From assembly GCA_965233585.1 (NCBI GenBank), contig CBDDTI010000295.1:73421-137420 (forward strand): a DNA stretch of 64,000 nt, in the 5' to 3' direction. A program made the position numbers and the translations under genes. This document shows, piece after piece, positions 1 to 9,370 of this stretch (its first letter is position 1; every line of letters starts with the position of its first letter). The notes beneath the pieces were generated by a model. It worked only from the letters and a program-made list of their open reading frames with translations, did not search any database and was not told the origin of the DNA. This DNA comes from a bacterium (GTDB lineage Bacteria; SAR324; NAC60-12).

Positions 1-996
1 TGCTGCGTTGCATGCCTTCACTTTGTAGTAATAAGTTGCCCCGCCGGGTGCTGTATCTGTGTGAGTTGTGCCTGAATTGACCGTTCCTACTTTGGAGCTA
101 AAGGAACCACCACTGCTTGTGTCCCGATACACTTCATAAGTTGTTGCCCCAGTTGCTGCACTCCAAGATACCGTGATTGTCGTTGCAGAGGCTTTCACCG
201 CTGTCGGCTTGCTAGGTGCATTGGGTTTGGACACTGCCCCCGGTAAATTCACACCAGCAGAAACCACGGAAAGAGATGAACAACCTGCCGCATTGCATGC
301 CTTCACTTTGTAGTAATAAGTTGCCCCTCTGGGTGCTGTATCTGTGTAAGTCGTGCCTGAATTGACCGTTCCTACTTTGGAGCTAAAGGAACCACCACCG
401 CTTGTGTCCCGATACACTTCATAACTGGTTGCTCCAGACACTGCACTCCAAGACACTGTGATTGTTGTCGCAGAAGCTTTCACTGCTGTCGGTTGAGATG
501 GACTACTAGGTGCAGAACCAGATGGCGAATCAGACGGAGAACTGGCAGGAACAACCTTGAAGTCTTCACTAAATCTGGCGCTTAACACCCTGCCTGACAC
601 CTTGCCTGTTCCCATTTTTAAACCCTTAACCTGTACCTTCTTTTCAAAATCTGACTTCTTGTCTAAAATCAAAATCAAAGATCCCGTCTCTGCTTCAGAG
701 TCTAATTTGCCATCTTTCTTATAGGCTTTGATAGAAATCAGGTCTTTGTTATACTGGACTTTTAACTTCTTACCTTGATAAAGAGAGCCGATATTTGTGC
801 AACTGATCTTTGCCTCTTTCACAACATCTTTTTGCAACGTCCCCTTTGCACTCAAATCACATTGAGGCTTTTCTGAACTCTGTGTGTCGTCTTCACTGCT
901 TTCTTCTGCTGGCGGTCGGCAAGCCACAAATACAGACATTACCAACACAAACGAAAGTTTCCACAACTTCCACGATTTTTTGACTTCTCCAAACAT
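1..996 (-). CDS. FN3-repeat surface lipoprotein, 5' part (3' end lies beyond the window edge); paralogue of 2098..4218
   Basis: My own minus-strand translation from the ATG at 994-996 gives MFGEVKKSWKLWKLSFVLVMSVFVAC... (signal peptide plus Cys lipobox). A Ser/Pro linker follows, then repeats ending YYYKVKACNAAGCS. The frame stays open to position 1. It is absent from the ORF track because no stop lies in the window. An AGGAGAG SD sits upstream. Confidence 0.75.
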   Translation of the reverse strand, partial: MFGEVKKSWKLWKLSFVLVMSVFVACRPPAEESSEDDTQSSEKPQCDLSAKGTLQKDVVKEAKISCTNIGSLYQGKKLKVQYNKDLISIKAYKKDGKLDSEAETGSLILILDKKSDFEKKVQVKGLKMGTGKVSGRVLSARFSEDFKVVPASSPSDSPSGSAPSSPSQPTAVKASATTITVSWSAVSGATSYEVYRDTSGGGSFSSKVGTVNSGTTYTDTAPRGATYYYKVKACNAAGCSSLSVVSAGVNLPGAVSKPNAPSKPTAVKASATTITVSWSAATGATTYEVYRDTSSGGSFSSKVGTVNSGTTHTDTAPGGATYYYKVKACNAA

Positions 997-1038
997 TGCT
1001 TCTCTCCTGTAATTGAGTTTAAAAAATAAAATGGGTCT

Positions 1039-1068
1039 ATTCTACCCAAAACTCACAGAGAATGTCAA
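1039..1068 (-). promoter_or_regulatory. sigma70-like promoter for the partial lipoprotein gene (TTGACA-N18-TAGAAT)
   Basis: The minus strand reads ttcTTGACAttctctgtgagttttgggTAGAATagac. The -10 ends about 40 nt upstream of the ATG at 996. Confidence 0.45.
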
Positions 1069-1079
1069 GAAAAATTTTG

Positions 1080-1839
1080 GGCATTGTTAAGTAATAAGTG
1101 ATAGCTGATTATTCCGTTTTGCCATGAACAAAAGAACAGAATATTGTAATGCTTTAAGAGACTTGCTGTAACATTTGGTTTTCCTTCTCATTCTTGCCAA
1201 GAAATGTCTCAAGAGAGAATTATACCCTTCTATCGTGTATGTTTCTGCCTTGGAACATGTATGAATTTCTTTGGGAATGACTTGTTTGTAAGCCTTGCAG
1301 TGATCAGTCATCACCTGAAGAGGTTTTGTTTCCTTGACCTTGTCCCATAAATGCCTACAGGCTTTTGAGTCTCTGTTTCCAAGCACATAATTGATAAATT
1401 GCTTCCCACGTCTATCAACAGCAATCCAGAGCCAGCAGTAGTTTTTTTTGACTGGATGTAGGTGTGCATTTCATCAATTTCCATAATTTCAATGTCTGTG
1501 TCCTTTCTTAATGCCTTGAGCTGTTCGCCAAAACTACAGACCCAATTATAAACTGAAACATGAGAACAATTCAGCAAACGACCGATTGACCTGAAACCAA
1601 GACCCTCCAAATACAACTCTAATGCTCTTCTTTTGATCTGTGGTGAGATTTGACCACGATAGGACTTGGTATATTGATAGTTGCAGGCATTGCAACGCCT
1701 CCTCGGTTTACCATATAAAAAACCATTCTTAACCGTCTTCTCACTTTCACATCTAGGACACAACTTCATTGCTACACCATGACTATCAATTCAATTAAAT
1801 GAAATTAATATCGCATATCACTTATAGTTTAACAATACC
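1080..1839 (-). mobile_element. IS1-family insertion sequence, copy A (760 bp)
   Basis: Imperfect 24-bp terminal inverted repeats: GGCATTGTTAAGTAATAAGTGATA at 1080-1103 versus the reverse complement of 1816-1839, GGTATTGTTAAACTATAAGTGATA (20/24 by hand). An 8-bp direct repeat AAATTTTG flanks the element at 1072-1079 and 1840-1847. A near-identical copy lies at 27342..28101. Confidence 0.9.
1087..1769 (-). CDS. IS1-family transposase (InsA-like zinc-finger/HTH N-terminus fused to an InsB-like catalytic part by a putative -1 frameshift)
   Basis: ORF 1311..1769 (MKLCPRCESEKTVKNGF...CNACNYQYT...) and ORF 1087..1386 overlap. An A8 run on the coding strand (1442-1449, ..CAAAAAAAAC..) sits where the frames switch. 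The -1 frame continues as YCWLWIAVDRRGKQFINYVLGNRDSK..., typical of IS1 InsAB'. Confidence 0.85.
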
Positions 1840-2050
1840 AAATTTTGATATAGAGTTGATGATTCAATCCATGTTGTGCATCAAGCGGTTACTTTAGCTT
1901 TCCTTTGCCAAAGAGGTGTATTGAGAATGTCATACAAATTGGGGACAACAATGAGAGTAAGAAGAAAAGAACCCAACTTTTTTGCAAAGCTAGGTTTGAG
2001 ATTTGGACAGCTTTTTTGTAAAAGCTAGAAAAGCTAGGTTTGAGATTTGG

Positions 2051-2087
2051 AATTGAAAAACCCTAGCCCTTTTGCAAAAGGCTAGGG
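2051..2087 (-). terminator. Intrinsic terminator downstream of the 2098..4218 gene
   Basis: A GC-rich stem CCCTAGCC / GGCTAGGG (2061-2087) with an inner palindrome CTTTTG/CAAAAG is followed on the minus strand by TTTTTC (2051-2060). It lies 10 nt after the stop codon. Confidence 0.6.
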
Positions 2088-2097
2088 AAGGGAGAGA

Positions 2098-4218
2098 TTA
2101 GAAAAACGTCCAATCAGAACAACCTGCCAAGTTACATGATCTGACAAAGGCATATGAGTTGGTAGATATAATCTTGGTGGATGTGGTACGTCTTATTGAA
2201 AAGTCACGAGTGTCCATCAACTGATAGTAAGAAGCCCCTGAGACTGCAGACCAAGAATAGGTATTTCCCCTATGCTTAGCATTGGTTGGCTTAGCTGGAG
2301 CAGTAGAAAGCAGTGTAATAGATTCAGTGCTAGACCACGAACAAACACCACCAGAATTACAAGTTTGGACTCGGTAGTAGTAGGTTTTATCCGTACTGAC
2401 AGAAGTATCTGTGACGTTTGGTGTGGTCTCGGTTGAAACCTTGTGGTCTGATCCACCTACACGGCTATCGGTATCTCTGTAAATGTGATATTTAGACGCA
2501 CCTGAAACCCCAGACCAAGTCACCCTCACTTTTCCTGCATTAGGACCACTGTCAAGAATAGACAAACTGATGCTGACAGGTGGAGGTCCAGTTTTAACAG
2601 AAGCCGTGTTAGACCATGAACAACTACCGCTAGAATTACAAGTTTGGATTCGGTAATAGTGGGTTGTATTGGGACTTGGGTCATCTAGGGTGTCTGGTGA
2701 GGTCACAGTTGAAACCTTTCTATCAGAGTCTGTTACAGTGCTGGTGGTGTCTGTATAAATGTGATATTTAGATGCACCTGAAACCCTAGACCATGTCACA
2801 AATACATTTCCATTGACAAAAAGAGACAAACTGATGCTGGCAGGAGAAGGTGGAGACTTAATAGATTTTGCAACAGATTGATCAGAACACCCTGCTGCAT
2901 TACAAGCATCTATCTTGTAGTAATAGGTTGTGTTAGGGGAGGCAGTGGTGTCTGTCTTGTCTGGTGTGTTCTCTGTGCCAATTTTAAAGAATCCAAAGCT
3001 TGCACGGGTGCTTCTATAAACATTGTAGCTGGTCGCTCCAGTCACGCTATCCCAGTCTATTCTGATCTTTCCTGCACTAGCATCATCAGCACCAAGTATG
3101 AAAACGCTCTTGATTGCTGGGATTGGAGGGGGCAGTGCAACACTAGCAGAAACAACAGAAAGAGATGAGCAACCTGCCACATTGCATGCCTTCACTTTGT
3201 AGTAGTAAGTCACCCCGCCGGGTACTGTATCTGTGTAAGCCGTTCCTGAATTGACCGTTCCTACTTTGGAACTAAATGAACCACCGCTACTTGTGTCACG
3301 ATACACTTCATAGCTTGTTGCTCCAGACGCTGCACTCCAAGACACCGTGGTTGCCGTCGCTGAGGCTTTCACCGCTGTCAGCTTGCTAGGTGCATTGGGT
3401 TTTGACAACGCCCCCGACAAATTCACGCCAGCAGAAATAACAGAAAGAGATGAACAACCTGCCGCATTGCATGCCTTCACTTTGTAGTAATAAGTTGCCC
3501 CTCTAGGTGCTGTATCTGTGTAAGTCGTGCCTGAATTGACTGTCGCTACTTTGGAACTAAATAAACCACCGCTACTTGTGTCGCTATACACCTCATAACT
3601 GGTTGCTCCAGAAACTGCACTCCAAGACACCGTGATTGTTGTTGCAGAGGCTTTCGCTGCTGTCGGTTGAGATGGACTGCTAGGTGCAGAACCAGATGGC
3701 GAATCAGACGGAGAACTTGGTGATGAAGGTGAGCCAGACGGAGAACTTGGAGATGATGGCAGGCTAGCAGGAACAACCTTGAAGTCTGCATTAAATCTAG
3801 CACTCAATACTTTACCTGTCACCTTGCCTGAACCCAGTTTTAAACCCTTGACTTGGACTTTCTTCTCAAAATCTGACTTCTTATCTAAAATCAAAATCAA
3901 AGACCCTGTCTCTGCCTCAGAATCTACTTTGCCATCTTCCTTGTAAACTTTGATAGAAATCAGGTCTTTTTTGTACTGAACTTTTAGCTTCTTACCCTGA
4001 TAAAGGGAATTGATGTTGGAACAACTAATCTTTGCCTCTTTCGCAACATCTTTTTGCAACGTCCCTTCCGCACTAAAGTTACATTGGGGCTTCTCTGAAC
4101 TCTGTGTGCTTTCTTCGCTACTTTCTTCTGCTGGCGGTTGACAAGCCACAAACACAGACATCACTAATCCAAACGAAAGTTTCCATAATTTCGGAGACTT
4201 CTTTACTTCTTCAAACAT
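2098..4218 (-). CDS. FN3-repeat surface lipoprotein (706 aa)
   Basis: Signal peptide ending SVFVAC (lipobox), then a Ser/Pro-rich linker (SSPSSPSGSPSSPSSPSDSPSG). About seven repeats of roughly 95 aa follow, each with W..V.GA..Y.[VI]Y and YYY[KR][VI]..CN..G.CS, typical of fibronectin-type-III-like modules. Confidence 0.85.
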   Translation of the reverse strand: MFEEVKKSPKLWKLSFGLVMSVFVACQPPAEESSEESTQSSEKPQCNFSAEGTLQKDVAKEAKISCSNINSLYQGKKLKVQYKKDLISIKVYKEDGKVDSEAETGSLILILDKKSDFEKKVQVKGLKLGSGKVTGKVLSARFNADFKVVPASLPSSPSSPSGSPSSPSSPSDSPSGSAPSSPSQPTAAKASATTITVSWSAVSGATSYEVYSDTSSGGLFSSKVATVNSGTTYTDTAPRGATYYYKVKACNAAGCSSLSVISAGVNLSGALSKPNAPSKLTAVKASATATTVSWSAASGATSYEVYRDTSSGGSFSSKVGTVNSGTAYTDTVPGGVTYYYKVKACNVAGCSSLSVVSASVALPPPIPAIKSVFILGADDASAGKIRIDWDSVTGATSYNVYRSTRASFGFFKIGTENTPDKTDTTASPNTTYYYKIDACNAAGCSDQSVAKSIKSPPSPASISLSLFVNGNVFVTWSRVSGASKYHIYTDTTSTVTDSDRKVSTVTSPDTLDDPSPNTTHYYRIQTCNSSGSCSWSNTASVKTGPPPVSISLSILDSGPNAGKVRVTWSGVSGASKYHIYRDTDSRVGGSDHKVSTETTPNVTDTSVSTDKTYYYRVQTCNSGGVCSWSSTESITLLSTAPAKPTNAKHRGNTYSWSAVSGASYYQLMDTRDFSIRRTTSTKIISTNSYAFVRSCNLAGCSDWTFF

Positions 4219-4410
4219 GACTTCCTCCTTACTTCTAATTTAATGAACAAAAAATAAATAAAAAATGAAATTACATTTTACATGGTTTTTAGGACGGTTC
4301 AAATAAAAAATAATTTTTTATTGTTTTTACAAAAAATTCTTCTGCAGGAAGAGACTTCAGACGATTCATCAAAGTCTTGTATGATGACAAGTCTCAAAGG
4401 CAGACTTGAA

Positions 4411-6957
4411 TCAAATCAACCAATTTTCGCCAATTCCGATTTCTATTTTTAAGGGAACTTCTAAGAAGATGACATGTTCCATGTCTTGTTGAATCAAGGC
4501 ACAAAGCTCCTGTTGTTCTTCTTTTGGAACATCAAACACTAGCTCATCATGTACAGACAACACCATTTGGGATTGCATCTTTTTTTGTTGCAAATGGCGG
4601 TCAATGTTGACCATCGCCAGTTTGATGATTTCAGCAGCAGAGCCTTGAATGGGGGTGTTGATTGCCGCACCTTCAGCCGCACTTTTAGCAAGTCCTTCTC
4701 CTTGAATGGCAGGCAAATAACGTCTTCTTCCCATCAAGGTCTGAGCATAGTTTTCTTTGCGGGCAAAGTTTAAAAGCTCTTCTTGCAAAATGTGAATGCA
4801 AGCATATTTTTCAAAAAACTTAGCAATGAAGTCTTTTGCTTGGTCTTTGGAGGTATTGGAGACGTTTGAGAGTTTGTCAGCCCCCATGCGATAAATGAGA
4901 CCAAAGTTGACTTCTTTGGCTTTTGACCTCATCTGCCTTGTGACGCCCTCTAATGGAACATTGAAAATGGTTGAGGCTGTGATGGCATGAATGTCCTCAT
5001 CGTTACGAAATGCTTGCAAAAACGTTGGGTCTTTGGAAAAGTGAGCGGCAACTCTTAATTCAATTTGACTGTAATCTGCCTTGATTAAAAGATGGTCTTT
5101 GGAAGAAGGTATAAAAAATTGTCTGATCCTTCGCCCATGTTCTGTGCGGATTGGAATATTTTGCAAATTAGGGTGGTCAGAGGCTAAGCGTCCTGTGGCA
5201 GTGGCAGTTTGCTTGAATGAGGAATGAATCCGACCTGTCTGGCTGGCAAACTTTGGCAGTGGCAAGACGTAAGTGTTTTGAAGTTTAGACAACTCACGGT
5301 ATTTCAAGAGTAATTGAGGCAGTTCCAGTTGTTGCATTTTGGCAAGGGTTTCTTCATCAGTTGACATGCCATTGCCTGTTTTAATTTTTTTAGGCTTAAT
5401 TTGACACTTTTTGTGAAGTTCCAGCTTGTCATAAAGAATTTTCTGCAACTCAACAATAGAATTGATGTTAAAAATCTCTCCTGATGCTTGGTAGATTTTG
5501 GCTGTCAGTGTGTCAAGTTCTGTTGCAAGCTCTTTGGCATATTCTTGACAGGATTCTTGATTGAAACAAACCCCAACTTGCTCCATTTTTGACAGCACAC
5601 GGACAAGAGGAAACTCCAAAGTCTCATACAAATCCACTGCACCAATCACTTGGAAACGTTCTTTGAAAAAAGGCGCAAGTTGCCAAAGCTGTTGAATGTA
5701 TTGATGCCCAGCATGCTCCACTTTAGGGAGGTCATTTGTCTGTGAGGTGAGATGAGCTACCAGCTGCACGTCAAACAAGTCAACCTGTTGCCAGTCTATC
5801 TCAAAATGCTGTAAGCCACGATAAAGCTCTTTGGCATCTTTGACAATAACCTGACGAGAACCATCAAAGCATCGTCCAAAAAACGACACTAATTGCTCTT
5901 TGGAAAAATCCTTAAACCCAATGTCGCACACTTGATTTGATTGGTAGCAAACCGAAACACCTGACACCGCATCTGAATCAGTACAATAGTTGAGACTGAT
6001 TGCAAAATTTTTGACGACTTGTAGTAATTCATCAAGCTGTTTGAGAGTTTCAACAGCAATCACCTCTGTTTGTTCAGAAACAACAGGTTTGGTTTTTTTC
6101 AGTGAGAATTGTTTCAACAAAGAGGGGAACTCTAACTCCTCTAAAATTCCAATCAATTCGTCATTGCCTTCTAGGAGTGTTGGGTCAAACTGCATGGCGT
6201 CCCAGTCAAAATCAATAGGGACATCACGTCTGATGGTGGCTAATTTCTGTGAAAGCCAAGCATTGTCTTGGGAGCGGATTAAATTCTCTTGAACCCTTTT
6301 CTGTCGGATTGCACTGATGTTGTCATAAATACCTTGCATTGAACCATACTCTGCCAGCAGCTTTTTTGCAGTTTTTTCACCAATGCCTGCTACACCGGGA
6401 ATGTTATCGGAGCTATCACCTATCAAACCAAGTGCATCAGGAACGTATTGAGGGCTACAACCAAATTTTTCAAAAACTGCCTCTTGGTCTAGCAAATCAC
6501 CTGCTGAATTGAGAATGCGGGTAGTGTCAGAAACAAGTTGCAAGTAGTCTTTGTCATTGGTCAAGATGATGGTTTCCATTGTTTTTTGTTCTGCAAGGCT
6601 TGAAAGTGAGCCGATGATGTCATCAGCTTCCCAGCCGATTTGAGTCCAATAGGGAATGTCTAGGCTTTTTGCAAAACGTTTCAAGTATGGGAATTGGGCA
6701 ATCAAATCTTCAGGAGTCTGCTGACGTGTCGCCTTGTATTGCGGGAAGATTTCATGCCTAAAAGTAGGTTCTGGCAAATCTGATGCCAGTGCAAAGTAGT
6801 CTGGTTTTTCTTTTTTAAGTAGGGTTAAGATTTGTTTAAAAAATCCATGCAAGGCACTGACGTTCATGCCTTTAGAATTGATCAAAGGTCGGTGAATCAA
6901 GGCAAAATGATGACGATAGAGCAGTGCCATGCAATCTACTGCAAACAAACGTCTCAT
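4411..6957 (-). CDS. polA: DNA polymerase I
   Basis: 848 aa. The 5'-3' exonuclease N-terminus is present (GWEADDIIGSL). Family-A polymerase motifs are present (DYSQIELRVAAH, RSKAKEVNFGLIYRMG, SVHDELVF). Confidence 0.95.
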   Translation of the reverse strand: MRRLFAVDCMALLYRHHFALIHRPLINSKGMNVSALHGFFKQILTLLKKEKPDYFALASDLPEPTFRHEIFPQYKATRQQTPEDLIAQFPYLKRFAKSLDIPYWTQIGWEADDIIGSLSSLAEQKTMETIILTNDKDYLQLVSDTTRILNSAGDLLDQEAVFEKFGCSPQYVPDALGLIGDSSDNIPGVAGIGEKTAKKLLAEYGSMQGIYDNISAIRQKRVQENLIRSQDNAWLSQKLATIRRDVPIDFDWDAMQFDPTLLEGNDELIGILEELEFPSLLKQFSLKKTKPVVSEQTEVIAVETLKQLDELLQVVKNFAISLNYCTDSDAVSGVSVCYQSNQVCDIGFKDFSKEQLVSFFGRCFDGSRQVIVKDAKELYRGLQHFEIDWQQVDLFDVQLVAHLTSQTNDLPKVEHAGHQYIQQLWQLAPFFKERFQVIGAVDLYETLEFPLVRVLSKMEQVGVCFNQESCQEYAKELATELDTLTAKIYQASGEIFNINSIVELQKILYDKLELHKKCQIKPKKIKTGNGMSTDEETLAKMQQLELPQLLLKYRELSKLQNTYVLPLPKFASQTGRIHSSFKQTATATGRLASDHPNLQNIPIRTEHGRRIRQFFIPSSKDHLLIKADYSQIELRVAAHFSKDPTFLQAFRNDEDIHAITASTIFNVPLEGVTRQMRSKAKEVNFGLIYRMGADKLSNVSNTSKDQAKDFIAKFFEKYACIHILQEELLNFARKENYAQTLMGRRRYLPAIQGEGLAKSAAEGAAINTPIQGSAAEIIKLAMVNIDRHLQQKKMQSQMVLSVHDELVFDVPKEEQQELCALIQQDMEHVIFLEVPLKIEIGIGENWLI

Positions 6958-7787
6958 GCCCCAACCTCAAGGTAAGACTTAAGAAAAACCAAAATCGTCT
7001 GGCTAAACTTAGGACCGCGTCTGAAGAAGAATTGTTGAGCTTGGGAATACTCCAACATCTCTGCTTTTCCTTGCAAAATGAGTTCTCCGTTGGAATCACG
7101 TTGCGGCTTGGTCTTTTTGCCACTGACAAAAATGACAGCCTCAAAGTCAATCGCTTCAATGTCAATGATGAGTCTTGATGCAGCTAGGGTCAAAGGAAGG
7201 TGAAAGGCACGTTCTACAAAATGGAATCCCACAAACTCTGCAACAGCCTGAATGTCACTTTCAGACATGTTCACAGCATAAGTCATCATGTCTTGGCGGA
7301 ATTGCTCAAACAATGGTCCTTTTCTCTTGAGGTATTTTAAAGGGATTGATTGTGTTTCAGAATATTTGACAACCATGTCCTGGAACAAATCAAAGAAGCT
7401 CCGACCACCCAAAACGGGTTCATACTGCAAAAATTGTGAGATAAAATCATTGACAATGGCACGTCCTCTTTTCAACCTCTGTAAACTTTCAACACGAACG
7501 GTGAGACGGTCTAGTTCTGCCAGCAATGCTTTGTTTTGTTCTTCAAGAGACTGCCGAGCCACGTCACCGCTTTCTATCAGCTGTTGAAGCTTTGTTACTT
7601 CAATATTGTCTGGTTCAGAAGTTTCAGGTTCAGAGTTGAAAGCAGGTTGCTGTTTGGAAATTTGGACTTCAAGGGCTTGAATTTGACGTTGCTTCCACTG
7701 GGAATAAAGCCAATACGAGCCAAAAGCAAAAGTGACCAGTAAAATCAGCAGGAGTGAGACCCAACGAAAAGTGGTAGAATCAGACAT
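6954..7787 (-). CDS. Hypothetical membrane-anchored coiled-coil protein
   Basis: 277-aa ORF with an N-terminal TM segment (WVSLLLILLVTFAFGSYWLY) followed by heptad-like sequence. It overlaps the polA start by 4 nt and abuts the argG stop, so it is probably co-transcribed. I recognise no family. Confidence 0.6.
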   Translation of the reverse strand: MSDSTTFRWVSLLLILLVTFAFGSYWLYSQWKQRQIQALEVQISKQQPAFNSEPETSEPDNIEVTKLQQLIESGDVARQSLEEQNKALLAELDRLTVRVESLQRLKRGRAIVNDFISQFLQYEPVLGGRSFFDLFQDMVVKYSETQSIPLKYLKRKGPLFEQFRQDMMTYAVNMSESDIQAVAEFVGFHFVERAFHLPLTLAASRLIIDIEAIDFEAVIFVSGKKTKPQRDSNGELILQGKAEMLEYSQAQQFFFRRGPKFSQTILVFLKSYLEVGA

Positions 7788-9010
7788 CAGCTTTGGTGAC
7801 GGTTTCGGACGTGATGAATCGTGCGGAGTGGCAAAGCATTTAAGCGAATGAATCCATCAGCATCTTGCGGACAATAATTGCCCTCATCTGCTTCCATCGT
7901 TGCAATGTCTTCATCATACAAGCTATTTGGAGATTGACGACCTGTGACGTAACACCCCCCACGATAAAGCTCAAGACGCACTGTACCTGACACTTGCTTT
8001 TGAGTCTCTTTGACCATTGACAACAAAACTTCCATTTCAGGCGAGAACCAAAAACCATCGTAAACTAATTTTGCAAAACGAGGCATCAAGGTATCTTTCA
8101 AATTGATTACACCACGGTCTAAGGTAATAGATTCCATGGCACGATGAGCTACATGTAAAATAGTGCCTCCGGGCGTTTCGTAAACTCCACGTGATTTCAT
8201 TCCAACAAAACGAGACTCTACCAAATCCATTCTGCCCACACCATGCCGACCACCTAAATCATTCAAACGATGTAATAATTGAGCAGGTGACAGAGGTTCT
8301 CCATTGACTTTAACAGGCACACCTTCTTGAAAATCAATCAGAAGCTCTTCACGTTCATCAGGAGCGTCCCAAGCAGATTGAGTCAGCTCAAACATGTTTT
8401 GTTGTGGTGCAGTCCAGGGGTCTTCTAACATGCCTGATTCAAAGCTGATGTGCATCAAATTTTCATCAGAACTCCAAGGGCGTTCAAGTGATGCCTGAAT
8501 TTTTAAATCATGCCGTTCAGCATATTCAATCAATTCTTTTCTGCCGGGATATTTTTGATAAAAGTCTGGAATTTTCCAAGGTGCAACAACTTTGATCTGT
8601 GGTTGCAGTGCGTAATAGCTTAACTCAAAGCGGACTTGATCGTTGCCCTTGCCTGTTGCTCCATGACCTACAAAGGTTGCCCCTTCCTGCTGTGCAACTT
8701 CAATCTGTTTTTTAGCAATCAAAGGACGAGCCAAAGACGTTCCCAGCAAATAGCAACCCTCATACATGGCATTCCACTGAATAGCAGGAAAGACGTAGTC
8801 TTTGACAAACTCTTCTTCTGCCTTTTCAACCATGACCTTTGAAGCCCCTGCACGTTTTCCACGCCTTGAAATCTCCTCTAAATCGTCAATTTTCTGTCCC
8901 AAATCCACACATACGGCAATCACTTCATAACCTTGCGAAGCCAGCCAATGTGTCAGAACTGAGGTGTCTAAACCGCCTGAATAGGCTAATGCTAATTTCC
9001 CTTGACTCAT
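7787..9010 (-). CDS. argG: Argininosuccinate synthase
   Basis: AYSGGLDTS ATP-binding motif and full-length similarity to ArgG. The start is moved to the internal ATG at 9008-9010 (MSQGKLALAYSGGLDTS), which has a GGAGAAG SD 5 nt upstream. The ORF-track start at 9118 adds 36 non-homologous residues. Confidence 0.9.
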   Translation of the reverse strand: MSQGKLALAYSGGLDTSVLTHWLASQGYEVIAVCVDLGQKIDDLEEISRRGKRAGASKVMVEKAEEEFVKDYVFPAIQWNAMYEGCYLLGTSLARPLIAKKQIEVAQQEGATFVGHGATGKGNDQVRFELSYYALQPQIKVVAPWKIPDFYQKYPGRKELIEYAERHDLKIQASLERPWSSDENLMHISFESGMLEDPWTAPQQNMFELTQSAWDAPDEREELLIDFQEGVPVKVNGEPLSPAQLLHRLNDLGGRHGVGRMDLVESRFVGMKSRGVYETPGGTILHVAHRAMESITLDRGVINLKDTLMPRFAKLVYDGFWFSPEMEVLLSMVKETQKQVSGTVRLELYRGGCYVTGRQSPNSLYDEDIATMEADEGNYCPQDADGFIRLNALPLRTIHHVRNRHQS

Positions 9011-9370
9011 GTTTTCTTCTCCAAATTTTTGATAAAAATCAACCAGTCTATCACTCTTGCAAGAGTTTGAATATAGGATTTCAAACTCCAAATGCACTTC
9101 AGTCAAACAAACTTCCAAAAGACTCTATCTTCGGTTTTGAGTTTTGAAAAAAGATTTTTTCCATGAATGACTTGTCTTTTAAAAAAATAAGTGCCATACT
9201 AGAGGGTTTTGGTTTCTATGGCAAATTTCTGTGCTGCTCCCCTTTTTTTCAAAATTTTTGAGTCTTCCTTTGGTCTTCATCAATTCTCTGACATGTTCTG
9301 AATTTGGGGAGGTCTCCCTTGCCAGCAAAGAAAGCCTCTTTTTTTAACTTTATGTTTAGGATTAGATAGT

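Noticed and set aside
9011-9118. 36-codon N-terminal extension of the argG ORF (ORF-track start at 9118)
   Set aside because: The extension has no similarity to ArgG N-termini. The internal ATG at 9010 has a good SD, and the protein then begins just before the AYSGGLDTS motif, as in known ArgG proteins.
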